Shown here: positions 13,831 through 27,400 of the stretch, piece after piece
How positions within the stretch are numbered: the first letter of the stretch is position 1
How the letters are laid out: each line of letters opens with the position of its first letter
NCBI GenBank assembly: GCA_965178125.1
Contig: OZ237755.1
Coordinates: 496,001-560,000, forward strand
Reading direction: 5' to 3'
Length of the DNA: 64,000 bases
Source of the DNA: Bilabrum cf. latius
Taxonomy: Eukaryota
Position numbers and translations under genes: made by a program
Notes under the pieces: model-generated
Told to the model about the DNA's origin: nothing
The model's input: the letters and a program-made list of their open reading frames with translations, nothing else
Databases searched by the model: none

Positions 13831-15685
13831 TCACAGCGGGATGTTCCCGTGCTTCTTGTCGAGCCCCTTCCACTCCTTGGTCGCAAGCACCTCGAGGTCC
13901 TCGCAGAGCCTCTGCCGGGTGGCGGCGGGGTCGATCACCTCGTCTACGAAGCCGCGCTCTGCCGCCCGCATCGGGTTTGCGAACTTCTCCGTGTATTCCT
14001 GCTCCTTGGCGGCGTTGTCCTTGCTCCTGAAGATGATCTCCACAGCCCCCTTGGCGCCCATGACCGCCACCTGGGCCGACGGCCAGGCATAGTTCATGTC
14101 CCCACGCAGGTGCTTGGAGGACATGACGTCGTAGGCGCCGCCGTACGCCTTGCGGGTGATCACCGTCAGCTTGGGCACGCTCGCCTCGGCGTACGCGTAG
14201 AGCAGCTTGGCACCGTGCCGGATGATGCCTCCGTACTCTTGGTCGGTACCCGGCAGGAAGCCGGGCACGTCCACGAAAGTCACCAGGGGGATGTTGAAGG
14301 CGTCGCAGAAGCGGACGAAGCGCGCGGCCTTGACCGAGCTGTTGATGTCCAGGCAGCCCGCCAGCTCCGTGGGCTGGTTGGCCACCACGCCCACGGGCCT
14401 GCCACCCACGCGGCCGAACCCGACGACAATGTTGCGCGCGAAATCGGGCTGAATCTCGAAGAAGTTGCCCTCGTCCACCACGTCGTTGATCACGATCTTC
14501 ATGTCGTAGGGGATGTTGGGGTCCGTGGGGATGAATCCCTTGAGCATCTCGCACTCCCGGTCGGAGGGGTCGTGGGTGGGCAGGCGAGGGGGGTCGGTCC
14601 GGTTGCTAGAGGGCAGGAAATCCATGAGGCGGCGCATCTGCTTGAGAGCTTCGACGTCGTTGTCGAAGGAGCCGTGCGCCACGCCGCTCTTGACAGTGTG
14701 GGTGCTCGCCCCGCCCAGCTCCTCCGCTGTCACCTCCTCGTTGGTGACCGTCTTGACCACGTCAGGACCAGTCACGAACATGTACGATGTGTCCTTCACC
14801 ATGAACGTGAAATCCGTCATGGCGGGCGAGTATACGGCGCCCCCCGCGCACGGGCCCATGACCATGGTGATCTGCGGGACAACACCGGACGCGTCGACGT
14901 TCCGCTGGAACACGTCAGCGTACCCAGCGAGGGAATCTACACCTTCCTGGATGCGCGCGCCTCCCGAGTCGTTGAGTCCGATCACGGGGGCGCCCACGGC
15001 CACGGCCTTGTCCATGATCTTGCAGATCTTCTGCGCGTGTGTCTCGGACAGGGACCCGCCGCTCACCGTGAAATCCTGGCTGAACACGTACACCAGGCGG
15101 CCGTTGATGTAACCGTGGCCAGTCACGACACCATCCCCCGGAGGTCGGTCGTTTTCCATGCCAAAGTCGTTGCACCTGTGCCTCTTGAGCATGTCGTACT
15201 CTCGGAACGTGCCCTCGTCCAGCAGCAGGTCCAGCCGCTCGCGAGCAGTTAGCTTACCCCGCGCATGCTGCGAAAAAGATATGGGTGTGGTGCGCTTATG
15301 GTGCGTTCTGAGCAGAAAATGGCTAGCGTTGGCTCGAAGGTGCTGAGAGCGGCAGCGATCCACGGCCCTCACCTGGCGGTCGATTCGCTTCTGGCCACCG
15401 CCGAGCAGCGCCTCCTATTCTGCATTGTGCAATTTTTCAGTAAACTTAGCGTACGTCTCTGCGGGCGTCAGCAATTTGGTCGAGGCTTCCTGCCAAGATA
15501 CCCTGGTGGTGCAGACGCCCCTTGCCCAGCCCCGGGCAGCTCCTGACGCTCCCTGCGACAACACATAGTTGAGTGTATATAGTATTCACTCTTATTAGAT
15601 GGTGAGACGTGGCGTACACTTGTTGCAAAATGATGGCACTAAACTGCAGGCAGGCTGCAAATTGCCGCAGCGCCGTTCTGTGCAT
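13831..15685 (-). CDS. PCCB: Propionyl-CoA carboxylase beta chain, probably mitochondrial (intron 15268-15372; first exon approximate)
   Basis: Motifs [55 protein letters not shown] and KKHGNIPL. Ends in TGA. One in-frame TAG at 15415-15417 in the N-terminal exon. Start codon uncertain. Confidence 0.92.
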
Positions 15686-16032
15686 GAACTATCTCCCAGG
15701 AGCTCACACTTCTGGAGGAGGAAATACCAACACGGCGCAATACGTTTCGAAGCATGGAATAAGGTCCACTTATTGTAGCGTTAGGCGCACGCCTTGCTTT
15801 TTGATGTAGCCTATCTGGTATAAATAAAACAGAACGTTATTATTGGCCCATCACTCGCCGCCGCGCAAACTGCGGAACCAACCATCTCGTTCTTGCTGAA
15901 CACTCATCTTCGCAGTGCTCACTGCGATTTACTGTTGCAATTGCAAGCGACAACAGTTTTGATTTGCACGCGTGATCAATAGACCCATCAATTTTGCACT
16001 TCAGAGCTCTGTGACAGCAGAACCGGCTCGAC

Positions 16033-19000
16033 ATGGCTGCGGCTGTCAGCGAGTTCCGACCCCAAGTGATCGACAGAGTAGACAGCAACAAGATTTATGT
16101 TGGCGGGGAGGTCGTTTATGAGATGGGTAGTTATCTTGGAGGTGGCAATGCCAGCACAGTCTACGAGTGCAAAGCGGCAGACAGGCCGGACACAGTGAGA
16201 GATGCGTTTCGGCATTGAATTGACTGGCCGCGACACTTTACTTTGTGCAGCGATGCGCCCTCCTGCCCACCCCACCACCTCATCTCACAGCGCTTGGCCA
16301 TCAAGCAAGTGCACCCAATCAACTACCGAATGAGCCGCCCAACGATGATTGCTCGCTCCATGGTGGTCCATCGAGTGAGACAGAAAGCCTTGGGATATCG
16401 CCTGCATAGTAGCCCAAAACGGCGGCAGAATTCATGGCGTTAATTATTATAACAAATATGCACTGACTAGAGTTCGATGAGCTCAATACTGTAGTTAGGG
16501 CTCACGACGAGAGCTGCTTCAAACCGGCGACGTGGTTTTTGCTTTTCCGGCACTTTCCGATGTCTCGCAGGGCGACGAGCTTCCGAAGGAAGTTGAAGCG
16601 GGCAAGCTCCCATTGCGAAGGGAGTGAGTAGCAGCTCAAAGTGTCATAGTCGTGCTCGAGTGTTTGGCCACGCGCAGTTCCTGGTTGGCTTCCGTTCTGC
16701 TTGTTTTCGTCGCTTCAACCATGCTATTGGCGATATGACCCGGTTCCTTGTGCGCAGGCATGTTTGGTGGATGTATCACGCCAGCACGAAGCAAGTGATT
16801 CCGTGCTGGACGGACCCTAGTGCCGGTGGACAGATTCGCGAGCTAGCTCTTCCCAAATGCGTGGAGGTTTGGGGCTGGAACCCACCGCAAGCAGGTTCGC
16901 CTGAATGCCTTTCCTTGTCTGCAGCAAAAGCTAAATTCAATACCGGTGCGGACGATACCGCTGCGGCTGGCGGCGGCACGACACAGAGCGCCATTGCCAA
17001 CGTCCGGATGGAAGTGGTTGCCAAGCGAAGAAAAGTAGTGATTCCTGAGGTGCCCCCTCGATTCATAAATCTTATTTTTGCGAGGCGGAAAGTATTTCGC
17101 GAGATTGCAGTGATGCGCCGCCTGCCGGAGCATCCGAACATCCTGCAGCTGCACGACGTGTGCGAGCAGGTGCAGGACAACCGGTGCTGCCTGCACATCG
17201 TGCTGGAGCTCGCAGACGGTGGCGAGCTATTCGACAGAATCAAGCTGGACCAAGGCTGCAGCGAGGTGGTTGCATGCGATTACTTCCAGCAGCTGCTGGC
17301 CGGCGTCCAGTTCTGCCACTCGAACGGGGTGGCCCACCGCGACCTCAAGCCGGAGAACCTCCTGCTCACAGAGAATGACAGGGATCCCGCATACCAAGAG
17401 TAGGAGGGGACCTGCGATCTGACTGGGTAGAATCCGCCGTCGTCCCCCGGCCTCGCACCGCTGCAGCCGCCCATGCACGGCGACCGCGAACAGACGGCTT
17501 CCTCCGGCATGGCAAGCAGCATCAGGACACGGTCCACGTCTCCCGCGGGAGGGCGGCCGGGACACTCCCACCAGGCCAGCTTTGGTGCAGCACCGCGAGT
17601 CTCGAGCACCACTGCTCTCCATCACAGGCAAGTGCGGGGCACCCAGCCTACTCTGTCTAGCCGCGATGCACCGCTATCTCCTGGCAATGCAATGCGTAGC
17701 GTCACCACAGGAATAGCAAGCATGCATTCTCGGGGCGGTTAGCCCGCGCGAGCCAGCAGCGATGGCAGCAGGTACGTGCAGCCTTCGCCGGTCGGAAGCA
17801 TGGGCAGCAGCTAGAGCTCGTTCCGTACCACTGCTGGCGAAGGAGCCGAGCACTAGCGACGCGCACAAGGCGGCATTGGGGCGGAATCCAGTGAAGAAGA
17901 CGAGGAGGAGGACGACGAAGGGTGGAGCGACGGCGAGGACGAAGACGAGGAGTCGCAAGACGCGCAGCTGAAGGAGGCAGACGGCGTAACGCTCAAGATC
18001 GCAGACTTCGGGCTGTCGGCGCTGATGGCTGCAGCCGAGGACGCTGAGATGGAGGACAGGGAGGTCGAGGCTGCAGGTGGCTCGCGGGCGGCCGGGCTGC
18101 GGCGCGTGGGTGGCCTGTCGGTCGGTGGCGCGAGCCAGTCGGGGGGCGACCCCCTGTCGCTGCGACCGGTCCCCCGCACCCCGTAGCAGATTGCAATGAA
18201 GAGGCTCCGCTCGGTGGTCGGGTCTCCGCACTACTGCGCCCCCGAGGTGCTCGGCGTGGACCCCGCCAAGATCGTGGCGGGACAGGTGAAGATGGGCCCA
18301 AATGGAGAGGTTGTCACCACCCAAGGGCGGGTGGGAACTGGGGTTCGCGCGGGGTACGACGGCGCCAAAGTGGACGCCTGGAGCTGCGGGGTGATCCTCT
18401 ACGCCCTGCTTGCTGGCAAGCTGCCGTTTGGTTCCAATCTTGCGCAGTGCCCGCGCTTCAAGCAGTGGAGCGTGTTCGTGCGCAAGGTTGAGGACGAGCA
18501 AGCTGCCTTGCGCCAGTCCAGCACGGTCGCTCGCGCCGGATCCTCTAGCACAGACATCGCTCGCAGGCTCGAGCCCCAGCTGACCGAACCAATGGGTAAC
18601 AAAGCAGTGCCTTCTCCCGCGTCCAGCCCACCGACAGCGACGTCCTCCGGGTCAGACATGCGCACTGACGGCGAGGAGGATGATACGTTTGCCGAGACGC
18701 CCGCACCGCTGGGCCCGCACGTGCGCGTACCGCAGCCGCAGCACGCAGACCCCGGGCCGTGGCCCCCCTCGGAGCTCCCTTCGTTCCCGTCGTGGTTCAT
18801 CCTCGAGAAGTTCTCTCCGGATGCCAAGCGGTTGGTCGCTGGCCTCCTTCACCCTGCCCCTGCCCGCCGCTGGACCGTCGCCGAGGCCCTCTCCGCAGAA
18901 TGGACTGTATCTGGCCTGCGCGCCATCATGGAGGCGAGGCAGAGGCGGAGGGCGCGTCGAGCTGCCAGGAAGGCGCAGCGCAGGGAACAGCGCGCGAGAG

Positions 19001-21255
19001 AGCGAAGGCAGGCTGCTGGTGCGCCCTTGGAGGTTGGCACGGGGTCGGGGTGGCACGCACAGGATACTGGACCAGTTGCCAGTGACAGCGCGGACGCAGC
19101 CGCGCCGTTTTCGCAGGATGACGGGCGGCTAGTGGGCAGCAAGGCGGGGCATTTCGATGCATAGTCGAAGAGTGCATCATCTGGGAACAGCCGCATGGCT
19201 AGCAGCAGTGCCAGGGACATGTTTCCGGGCGTGGAAGACTCGCAGGCACCAATGGAGGGCGACGATGACGTTGCAGGTGCCGATGCGAATGCCAGCACGG
19301 ATGGGGAGGATGAGCCCGGCCTCGCAAGCACAGCAAACACGTCTGTGCTATCCGATGCCGACCGGCCGAAGCAGTTTCCGAGCATCCGCGGCTGCATGTC
19401 TGCCCCCATGGCTCCGATGGGACCTTCCAGCGACCTCGTGGACATGCCCCCGCTAGCCCTGGGATCGTCTGCTATGACGGGAGACAGCTCGGTGCTGTCT
19501 GGCAGCATACCAAGCGCCCATACTACCAAGGATGCTTCGCGAGGAAACAGCAACCCAGGGAGCCCGCAATGTCAGGGCCAGGGGGGGCGAGTCGGCGTAT
19601 CTTCGCCCCGCACGGCGTTCGTGCAGTCATCATCCTCCTCCTCCTCGTCGTCCGCTGTGCCCTCCTCATCTTCTGGCATCAAGCAGGATGCCCAGAGGTC
19701 AGCGTGCTCTGTTGCCAACCCCGTGCGTCGCCAGGGCTCCACGGGAGTGACTCGAGCTATCAGCAACGACACTGCCAGTGCCTCCATGTCGGACTCGGTG
19801 CCAAGGTACCCCTCAGCGACGTCATCCTGCCTGGACGACAAGCAGAGGGACCCGCGGGACTCGATTGGCTTCAGCCCTGCCCTGGGAGCCATGGCTACAC
19901 CGGGATCCTCGCTGCATTACGGCGTGGGCCACCGGGCAGTCTTGCCACCGAGGCTGCCGGGGCAGGCTCCTATCCCGGCCGGCGATCCCGTGCGTCCTCG
20001 CCCCGGTCTTGGGTCGGGGTCACGCAAGAATTCTGCGGAGCAGAAGAAGCCTCTGCAGTCTTCTGACGCTGCCAAGTCTGAGCACGAGCCCAAGGATGGG
20101 CGTGGCTCGGAGAGGCAGGAGGCACCGCCGCAGCCAGCTATGGAAGACGGCAACGGCAGCCAGCATGTCGAGAACAACCTGAGCATGGCCACCCCAGGGG
20201 CGATTGGTGCCCTCCGCCGGCACAGCACCAACCCAGACGCGATCGAGAGGTCCGTCACCACGATTCATAAGCCCCACGCTACTGCGGGCGGTCCGGTGCC
20301 AGCCGGTCCGAACGCAGGAGCAGCAGGAACCGCCCTTCCTTCCCTTGCAGACCGGCTGCCTCGCCTGGACCCCGAGCACAGCGTGAGGCGATCCTCGAGG
20401 GTGACCACATCGGTGCCAGCCACCGTGGTGCTGGCACGCATTGCTGAGCTAGTGAGGACAGAGGAGGACCTGCTGCTGCACGACGCCATGGAGGCGATGC
20501 GGAGCCAGGGGGAGGCGGGGGGTGGGGCGCCAGAGGGCGTGGCTGCCTCAGAGCAGGCCACTACGACTGGCGGGCGCGTCCATGGGGCCGGATCGGCGGC
20601 GGGGCGTTTCCGTGGTCAGCTGGTGATCTCCGGTGCCAGTGGAGGCAGCGGGACGGTCACAGCGAGCGCATCGGCAAGTGCTGGTCTCGAGGAGGACGGG
20701 GGCTGGGGCCATGGCGGGGCGGAGGACAGCATCGCAGCGCAGGAGAAGGAGAAGGAGCCAGAGCTGAGCCGGGTGGGTGGCGCGGCGCCGACAGGGGGGG
20801 CATTGTCCGGCCACGCCAGCAGGCTGCGCATGGCCAGGGCGGCATCAGCGCCCTCCGGGGAACACCCTGCCGGTTGCAACCTAGCTCTGTCCTAGTAGGA
20901 GCAGTCGAAGGAATTCGTGCTTCCGCCTGCTTCCGAGGATAGAGCGCCCGCGTTCGTGGTGGCTTCGGCTGCTACTTCCGGGGGCAGCGGCGTGCGCCGA
21001 TCAGTGACGGAGATGGGCGCAAGGAGGAGCAGGGGCAGGGGCAAGGGGAAGCTGGAAGTGTACACGGACTACCGTGCGTGCAAGCTGGAGGCTCGGCTGG
21101 ACGGAGAAAGGGTCCTAGAGGTGCGTGTTCTGCTGCACCCTAACGATTCCCGTCTCCAGGTGGTCGAGGTGCTTCGAGCAGGGCTGGGAATCTTCGCGTT
21201 CAAGCGCTTCTTCGATACGCTGCGGCAGAGGCTGTCCCGTGTGATTAGGGAGTGA
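16033..21255 (+). CDS. CAMK/SNF1-CIPK-like Ser/Thr kinase with large inserts and a KA1-like C-terminus (exons 16033-16194, 16291-16374, 16571-16623, 16758-21255; ~1598 aa)
   Basis: Motifs [43 protein letters not shown] (18004), GSPHYCAPE and [10 protein letters not shown] are in frame only if the TAGs are read through (17401, 17428, 17740, 17812, 17854, 18184, 19162, 20893, 20896). Ends in TGA. Confidence 0.85.
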
Positions 21256-21447
21256 TATTACTATGATGCAATATTTCCGCGAGGGTAGTGCAAGGCTGCC
21301 TCCCATTTTCTTGCACCGGTTGTTTCGGTTCCGCAGCAGGGCGCGGCGCTGCGCGTCGATTCGTCAACTGAAGACGCAAAGGGCTGATTCTGGCTCCAAC
21401 GAATTCCATCAGTGCAAAGCAAGCACGTAAATCGATAAATATATACA

Positions 21448-24400
21448 ATGTCGGTCCCTTCAGCATCAGAATGGCGGGACATTGTGAAGCTTATCAATGG
21501 TGAACACTCGCTGAGAGACGGGAGACCACTCCCAGATGGAGCCTCGGCGTACATGAATGCGCAGCAGACGTAAGTTATGGAGTAACGGGAGACAGCCATT
21601 TTTGTGCAAATAACTCAAAAACCAGGTTGTTGTGCGAATCACTGTGCCTCGAATTCAGTTAAATGTGCCCGCAACCCAAGATCCGCAAGTTCGCAGTGTG
21701 TTTGCCGATGCGTGGCAGCATGTATCAGCCATAGAGAATCCAGACGCAGTCGTAGAGGACTACGCTAATTTTCTCACTTCTGATGGTCTGGTGAGGTATC
21801 TGGTCGAATCCCACGGGTAGTGCAAGTGCGCGTGGCCTGACCGAATCTTCTTGTGCCCAACGACGTACATTTCGTAGTTATTGATTGCTTCCGATGGTTT
21901 CGTTTGAATCACAGGTCTCATTTCGGAAGTCTCTGGATGCTCTCAAGATGGAGGTGTCTCAGCTGGTTGCTGTGCACCAGTCGCTGTAGGCACGGCAGAA
22001 GTTTGCAGACGCCACTAAGGCAATCGAAAGTGAGATGTTCATGAGTTGTGTTTTCAATGTGTGCTGTTTTATCGCGATGGCGACCACTCTGTCCGTGTGA
22101 TGTGCGCAATTTTCGTCACGTGTCGATCGTTCGCCCACATGATCGTCCAAAATATTGCAGCTGTGCTGATCGCTCTGCTCGGCCACGGCCATCCACTAGC
22201 CCGACGGAGAGCCGTGCGCCTCTTAAATTGCCTGTATGCTGGCACCACGTGGGAGCGCGAGGGCTTCCTGGCCCCCATGGTGGCTTGCGTGGGAGACTCG
22301 TTCACCGTGCGTGCCCGCACATGCTACTCGCTCGGCTCGTCCGGCGACAAGTCTGAAAAATTCTACTTTCTCGTGTGCGCCCCGTCCTTTGACGCCCGGT
22401 CTCGCGTGTCAAACGTGCTCACCGTGCATGCTCCGACTGAGCAGGAGGAAGTGGAGATCGACCAGACGAGCGAGCAATTGGAGCCGCTGGCCGTCGATGA
22501 AGCGGGAGGCACAGCCTCTTCCAAAGGAGACGCCGGGACCGATGAGGCTTCCGACGGCACGGAGCTATCTCTGCGCCTGAACGAATTCCCGCGGGCCGGA
22601 TTCTATGACTGGAGGCTCGTGGTCATCGGAGAGTCGGGCGAGGCTCGCCCTGTCGCCGTGGCCCCTGGCGACCCTCTGGTAGATCGCCATGAAACGGCAC
22701 ACCGCGCCACTGCGGCCGCAGTGGCACAGGGTAGTCCCGGCGGTGTGAGCGGGAGGGTCCTGACTTCCATCGCGCGCATCAAGGCGCAAGGCCGGTACAT
22801 CGTGCAGCCAGCCGACGCGAGGAATGCAAAGGCAACTCACATATCCGTTGACTTGGAGGGCACTGTGGTGGACAAGGCAACTGGCCGGGTGGCCAAGCAC
22901 GGCACGTTCTCTAGCGTCGCGTCTCGCGTTCCGTAGATGGCCCGCGAGGGCGCGAACCTGCTCGTGGTGCACGGGGCAATCGAGAGAGATTGCGGCTGGG
23001 GAGAGTCCGAGCAGGCAGACAATATGGCAAGGGCAATGCTCGAAAGTGCAGCGCCATCGCCTTCACCGTCACCAGATGGTGCTGCACGGGGCCGTGGCGG
23101 CAGCAGTGCCTCCGGCAATGGCCAGGGTGATGACGACCAGTCCGTCAGGTCTGAAGAATCGGCCCTCGCCGCTGTGTCTGCAGCTGGTCCTTCTGACGAC
23201 GGTCCCGTGACCAACCCAAGAGAGGCTGTGCAACGCCTCGGGCTCGCCCCAACGGGCCAGCCTAGCTCCGGGGCAGCCGGAGACGTGGCTTCGGGTCAGC
23301 TCGGCACGACGCTGCAATCCCCCGAGCCAAAGAAGCGGCACGCATCCACGGGCACAGGCAAGCTATACGAATCGCTGCTCGGCGGAACAGATGCCAGCGA
23401 ATCCATGCAGGTGGCAGATGCTTGGGCGCATGCGCTTGACGAGTTGAAATCCAGGGAGGGGGATAGGCGCATTGCGGCCAGGCCGGATGCCTCCCCCTAC
23501 GCTGTCATGTGCAGGTCCACTCTTTCCAGCATGCACGGCGGGCTTGCTGGCGTGCGGAGGCTAGTTTCCCAGGCTGAAGAGGCTGGTGTCAGGGTGGCGC
23601 TGCAGGTAGACGCGTCGATCGGGTCCAGCAGGCCGCACAGAAACCACAAGGGCAAGTTCGCCCACACTCTCGACGAGTCGGGTCTGCGCACGGTACTGAG
23701 GGGCTGCGATGGCTGCGTCAACCAGTGGGAAGACAGGGCGCTCCCCAACTTCAGAAGAGGAGATGTCTGGCAACAGCTGGTCGACGACTGCGTCAACCTC
23801 GCCGACGCATCGGGCGTGCGGTCGCTGTACCTGCATGAGGCTTCGTCGTACCCTTTCATTATGCAGATGGATTCCACCGAGATGTTCCGTAGAGACACGA
23901 CGGACCTGGCACCGCACTATACGCCCGTGGAGATTCTGTGGGGGGATGTTGTTGTTGGGAACCAGGAAGGATCGTACTGGGTGGATGCTGGCATTCCGGA
24001 CAGGTACGCCAACCCTATCCTGGTGAAGCTCACAAGGGCCATGTGGGAGAGGTACCCAGACTTCTGCGTGCTTGGAGAGAGCTTTTACGGCCGAGACGGC
24101 CCGTTGCTGCACTCTGGAGTGATCCCGCATTCCATCCGCACGATTGAAGCCATGGCGTTCGCGGCCTCTCGCGGCCTCGAGCCATCTGGACGGGGTTTCT
24201 ATCAGCCGGTGCCTCCGGGTGAAGAGCCCGTGGGTGAGCTCAAGTCGGTCCTTGAGAGAGAGGAGGACACGTGCCCCCCAGGGGGTTAGCAGCTGATCTT
24301 GCGATCGCTAGCCACGCCCAGAACGCCTTACCCTTCGTTGCTGCTGGGCAGGTTCCTGTGGACCGCCGTGGATCTGCTGTCGTGCCTTCCTGGCGGGCTC

Positions 24401-27400
24401 ATGGAGTACCAGGACGAGAAGAGGGGCCGCTCCTTCAGGCTTGACTTCGGCGGAACCTACAAGTCCAACGAGGCCTTCTCAAAGCAGGCGAAGGGGGCTC
24501 TAGAAGCACGGCAGCGGCGTGCGAGGGCACTTGCAAGGGGTGCGGCAGGTGCAGGAGATGCAGCGGCTGCGGTGCAAGGCAGTGCAGGCGTGATGCTTGC
24601 GTCGAGCAAGAAGCCCCTCTTGGATGCGCCTGCCGGGATGGGCGACGTGGCGCCAATGGACCTGGACGCGCTCATGTCGCGTGCGCAGGCCGGCGCCGTG
24701 TCGGCCCGGCATGCCCGCCCCCTCCTCGTGGCTAGCCCACACATCGGCCCTGCCAATCCTGGTACATACCCGGGCCATGCTGGTGTTGGTGGCGTCGTCC
24801 CGCCTCAGGGACCCGGCGGAGAGTAGTAGCAGCGGGCAGCGGCTGCCCAGATGGCAGAGCACTCGGCGCGACGGGCAGTCATGGCTCGGATGAACATGCT
24901 CCCGAAGAAGAATCCACCGCCGTTGCCGGCAGTTGACGGTAGCTCGACCACGGAGAGCACGGACGGCGGAGCAAGCAGCGGCTCGGGCATGGACTCGTTC
25001 ACACTGGGCAAATCACGGCTGTCGGTCGCCTCCAGCAGCACGCCAGCTCTGGCTGAGATCTTCGCGAACGCCTCGAGAGCTGCACCGAGCGGGCACCGCC
25101 AGCAGCAGCAACAGCAACGCCAGCAGTTCGCAGACAGTCGCGTTGCTGACGACCACGATGGATGGGGGCTGGGGGCGGTGGCGGATGAGGGTTTCGGCTT
25201 GAGCGCAGCGGCGCCAGGGGCCCGCTCAGCCCAGCCTCCAACGCCGGGCATGCCACCCATAGGTGACCCCGGCATGGCCGGGTCCCACACGGGGGCCTCA
25301 GCTCTCCTGGGTCGCGTGCCCGGTGTGCTCTCCCACGTGGACTTGGCGGCGCTGGACATGACATCGAAGACGAGGATCGATGCAGCGGCAGCAGCAGCCA
25401 CCTCCGATGCGCAGCGAGCTGGCGTCCAGCAGACAACCATGCTTTCTGGTGGAAGCGACGCAGGTGCGGCTCACAGTGGCGGATTCGACGACTCGCAGGC
25501 ATCGGGCCTGCCCGACGATATCCTGTCCAGCGCAATGGACAGCGCGAGCCTGATCCCTGTCGGGTCCTTGCCTGGCACTGCGCTCTCGCAGGCTAGAGAG
25601 CTGGCCAGCCAGCCCGCGTCTGACTGGTACGACGGTGACGAGGCCGAGGACGAAGGCATCGCAACTGCGGCCATGCAGCTCGCCCTCCGGAGGGACAAGG
25701 GGGCCGCGATTGACCCTGAGCCTGGCAGCGACGTCAGTGGTTGGCGATCCAACGCTCTCAATTGGCTAGAAAAGCCCCCCGCGCACTCCTTTGCCTCGGA
25801 TGCCATGCAGATCGAGAACGTGAGGTCTTGGAGACCCGCCGGGATCGTGGCCGTGAAAGGCCTCGGCGGACCCGGCGACGGCGACGCAGACGCAGGCAGC
25901 GGGTACGAGGCAGTTCGGAGGATGCCTGAGATGGAGGCGAAGTATAAGAAGGAAGTGGGGCCAGAGGTTGGGTTCGACCTGGATCGAATCGGCGCGCACT
26001 ACAACCACCGAGCTGCCGTCCGAGCTCGACATCCGGCCCTGACACACGGCGACATTGTCCCCCTGAGGGCACTGCACCGGTACGGCGTGCACTCCCACGT
26101 GCTTGCTTTCGCCAGGCCGCTCATCGATCGGGGCTCGGGCAGGTCCAAGTCCATGGCCGTGGTGGCATGCAATTTCAACCACGCCCCGTCCACGTTCCAC
26201 GTCAGGTGCTCACGCGTGGCACCTTTGATTGGGGCGGCCAGCAGCTCAGGTGGCAGTCAGGCCCGGGGTCTGTCCAGACGGCCCACACCGACTGCAATGT
26301 CAGGTTCTGGTTCGTTCACATCTGCGGGAGCATCGATGATGGACCCTGCTACTGGACTGGACGATGCATTCGGGGTATTCGGGCTTGACGCACCGCGGTC
26401 ACCAGAGAATGATGAGATTCCGTACGCGCCACGGGGAGGCGTCTGGGAGGTCCGTGATGCTTTCGCCGGCAAGGTCACGCCCAAGCACGGCAGCGACGTG
26501 CTGGGTCCACACGAAGCGCACGACAGCGGCCCGCTCATTGCCCTTCTGACGAGCAACGAGACTGCCTTCGCACCCATGAACACAACCTTGCAGCCATATG
26601 CTTCCGTGTGCTGGCTGTTCACACAGCAGGAGAGCCGCGGCATGGCCCCAGCTCGCACGCTCGCCAACGTCCAGTGGCTGTTTGCCTCTGCCCTGCAGCG
26701 CTTGCAGGGGATCTTGAGGCTGAAAGAGGCGGGCACCAGCAGTCTGGCGTCCACAGCAGGCGTGTCAGAGCAAGCTCGCATCCTGCTGTCGGGCGGAGAT
26801 GCTTCCTAGCCTGACGGCAGGACTCGCTGGACCCCGCCGTGGGAAATCTTGAACGACAAGGAGATTTGGGCGGCTGCCCGCAACAACGTGGTTGGCTCAC
26901 TGTGCCGGCTTGTCGCAGTCTCCACCGCGCGCTTCTACTACCTGGCTGTTCGGCAGGCGCTTGCTGCCCTGCCGCGAGAAGTGGCACTCACCGGGTGCTC
27001 CGAGGAGGAAGGCGGGGACGGCGCCAAGCACAAGGACCAGGACCCTGCGGTGAAGGCCATGAAGACCAAGGCGATTTCAGGCGCGAGGCGAAAGGCCATT
27101 CGGTTCTGCTCCCGCCAGCTCCGAAGCGCACTCAGGGTCGTGTGCTTCCACTGGGGTCTCAAGCCTGCAGCAGCAGCAGGCGAGCTGCACGCTGCGCACC
27201 TGGCGCCGTTCGACGATGCATCTGCTGGCAGCGGCTCTGGCCAAATCGATGTGGGCGCGGCGACCGCCTGCGTGCGAGCTGCCCTGTACCTTGCATGCGA
27301 GGAAGAGGCGTGGGCTTCTGTAGAGAGCTTTGCCAAGGCAGCAGTGCCTGGCAGCGAGAGCGCCGATCCATCTGAGGCAGCCATCGATCTAGAAGCCGCG

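Noticed and set aside
13705-15252. Long antisense ORFs (also 2734..3783, 373..1203, 56562..57440)
   Set aside because: Shadows of GC3-biased genes on the opposite strand, with no recognisable motifs.
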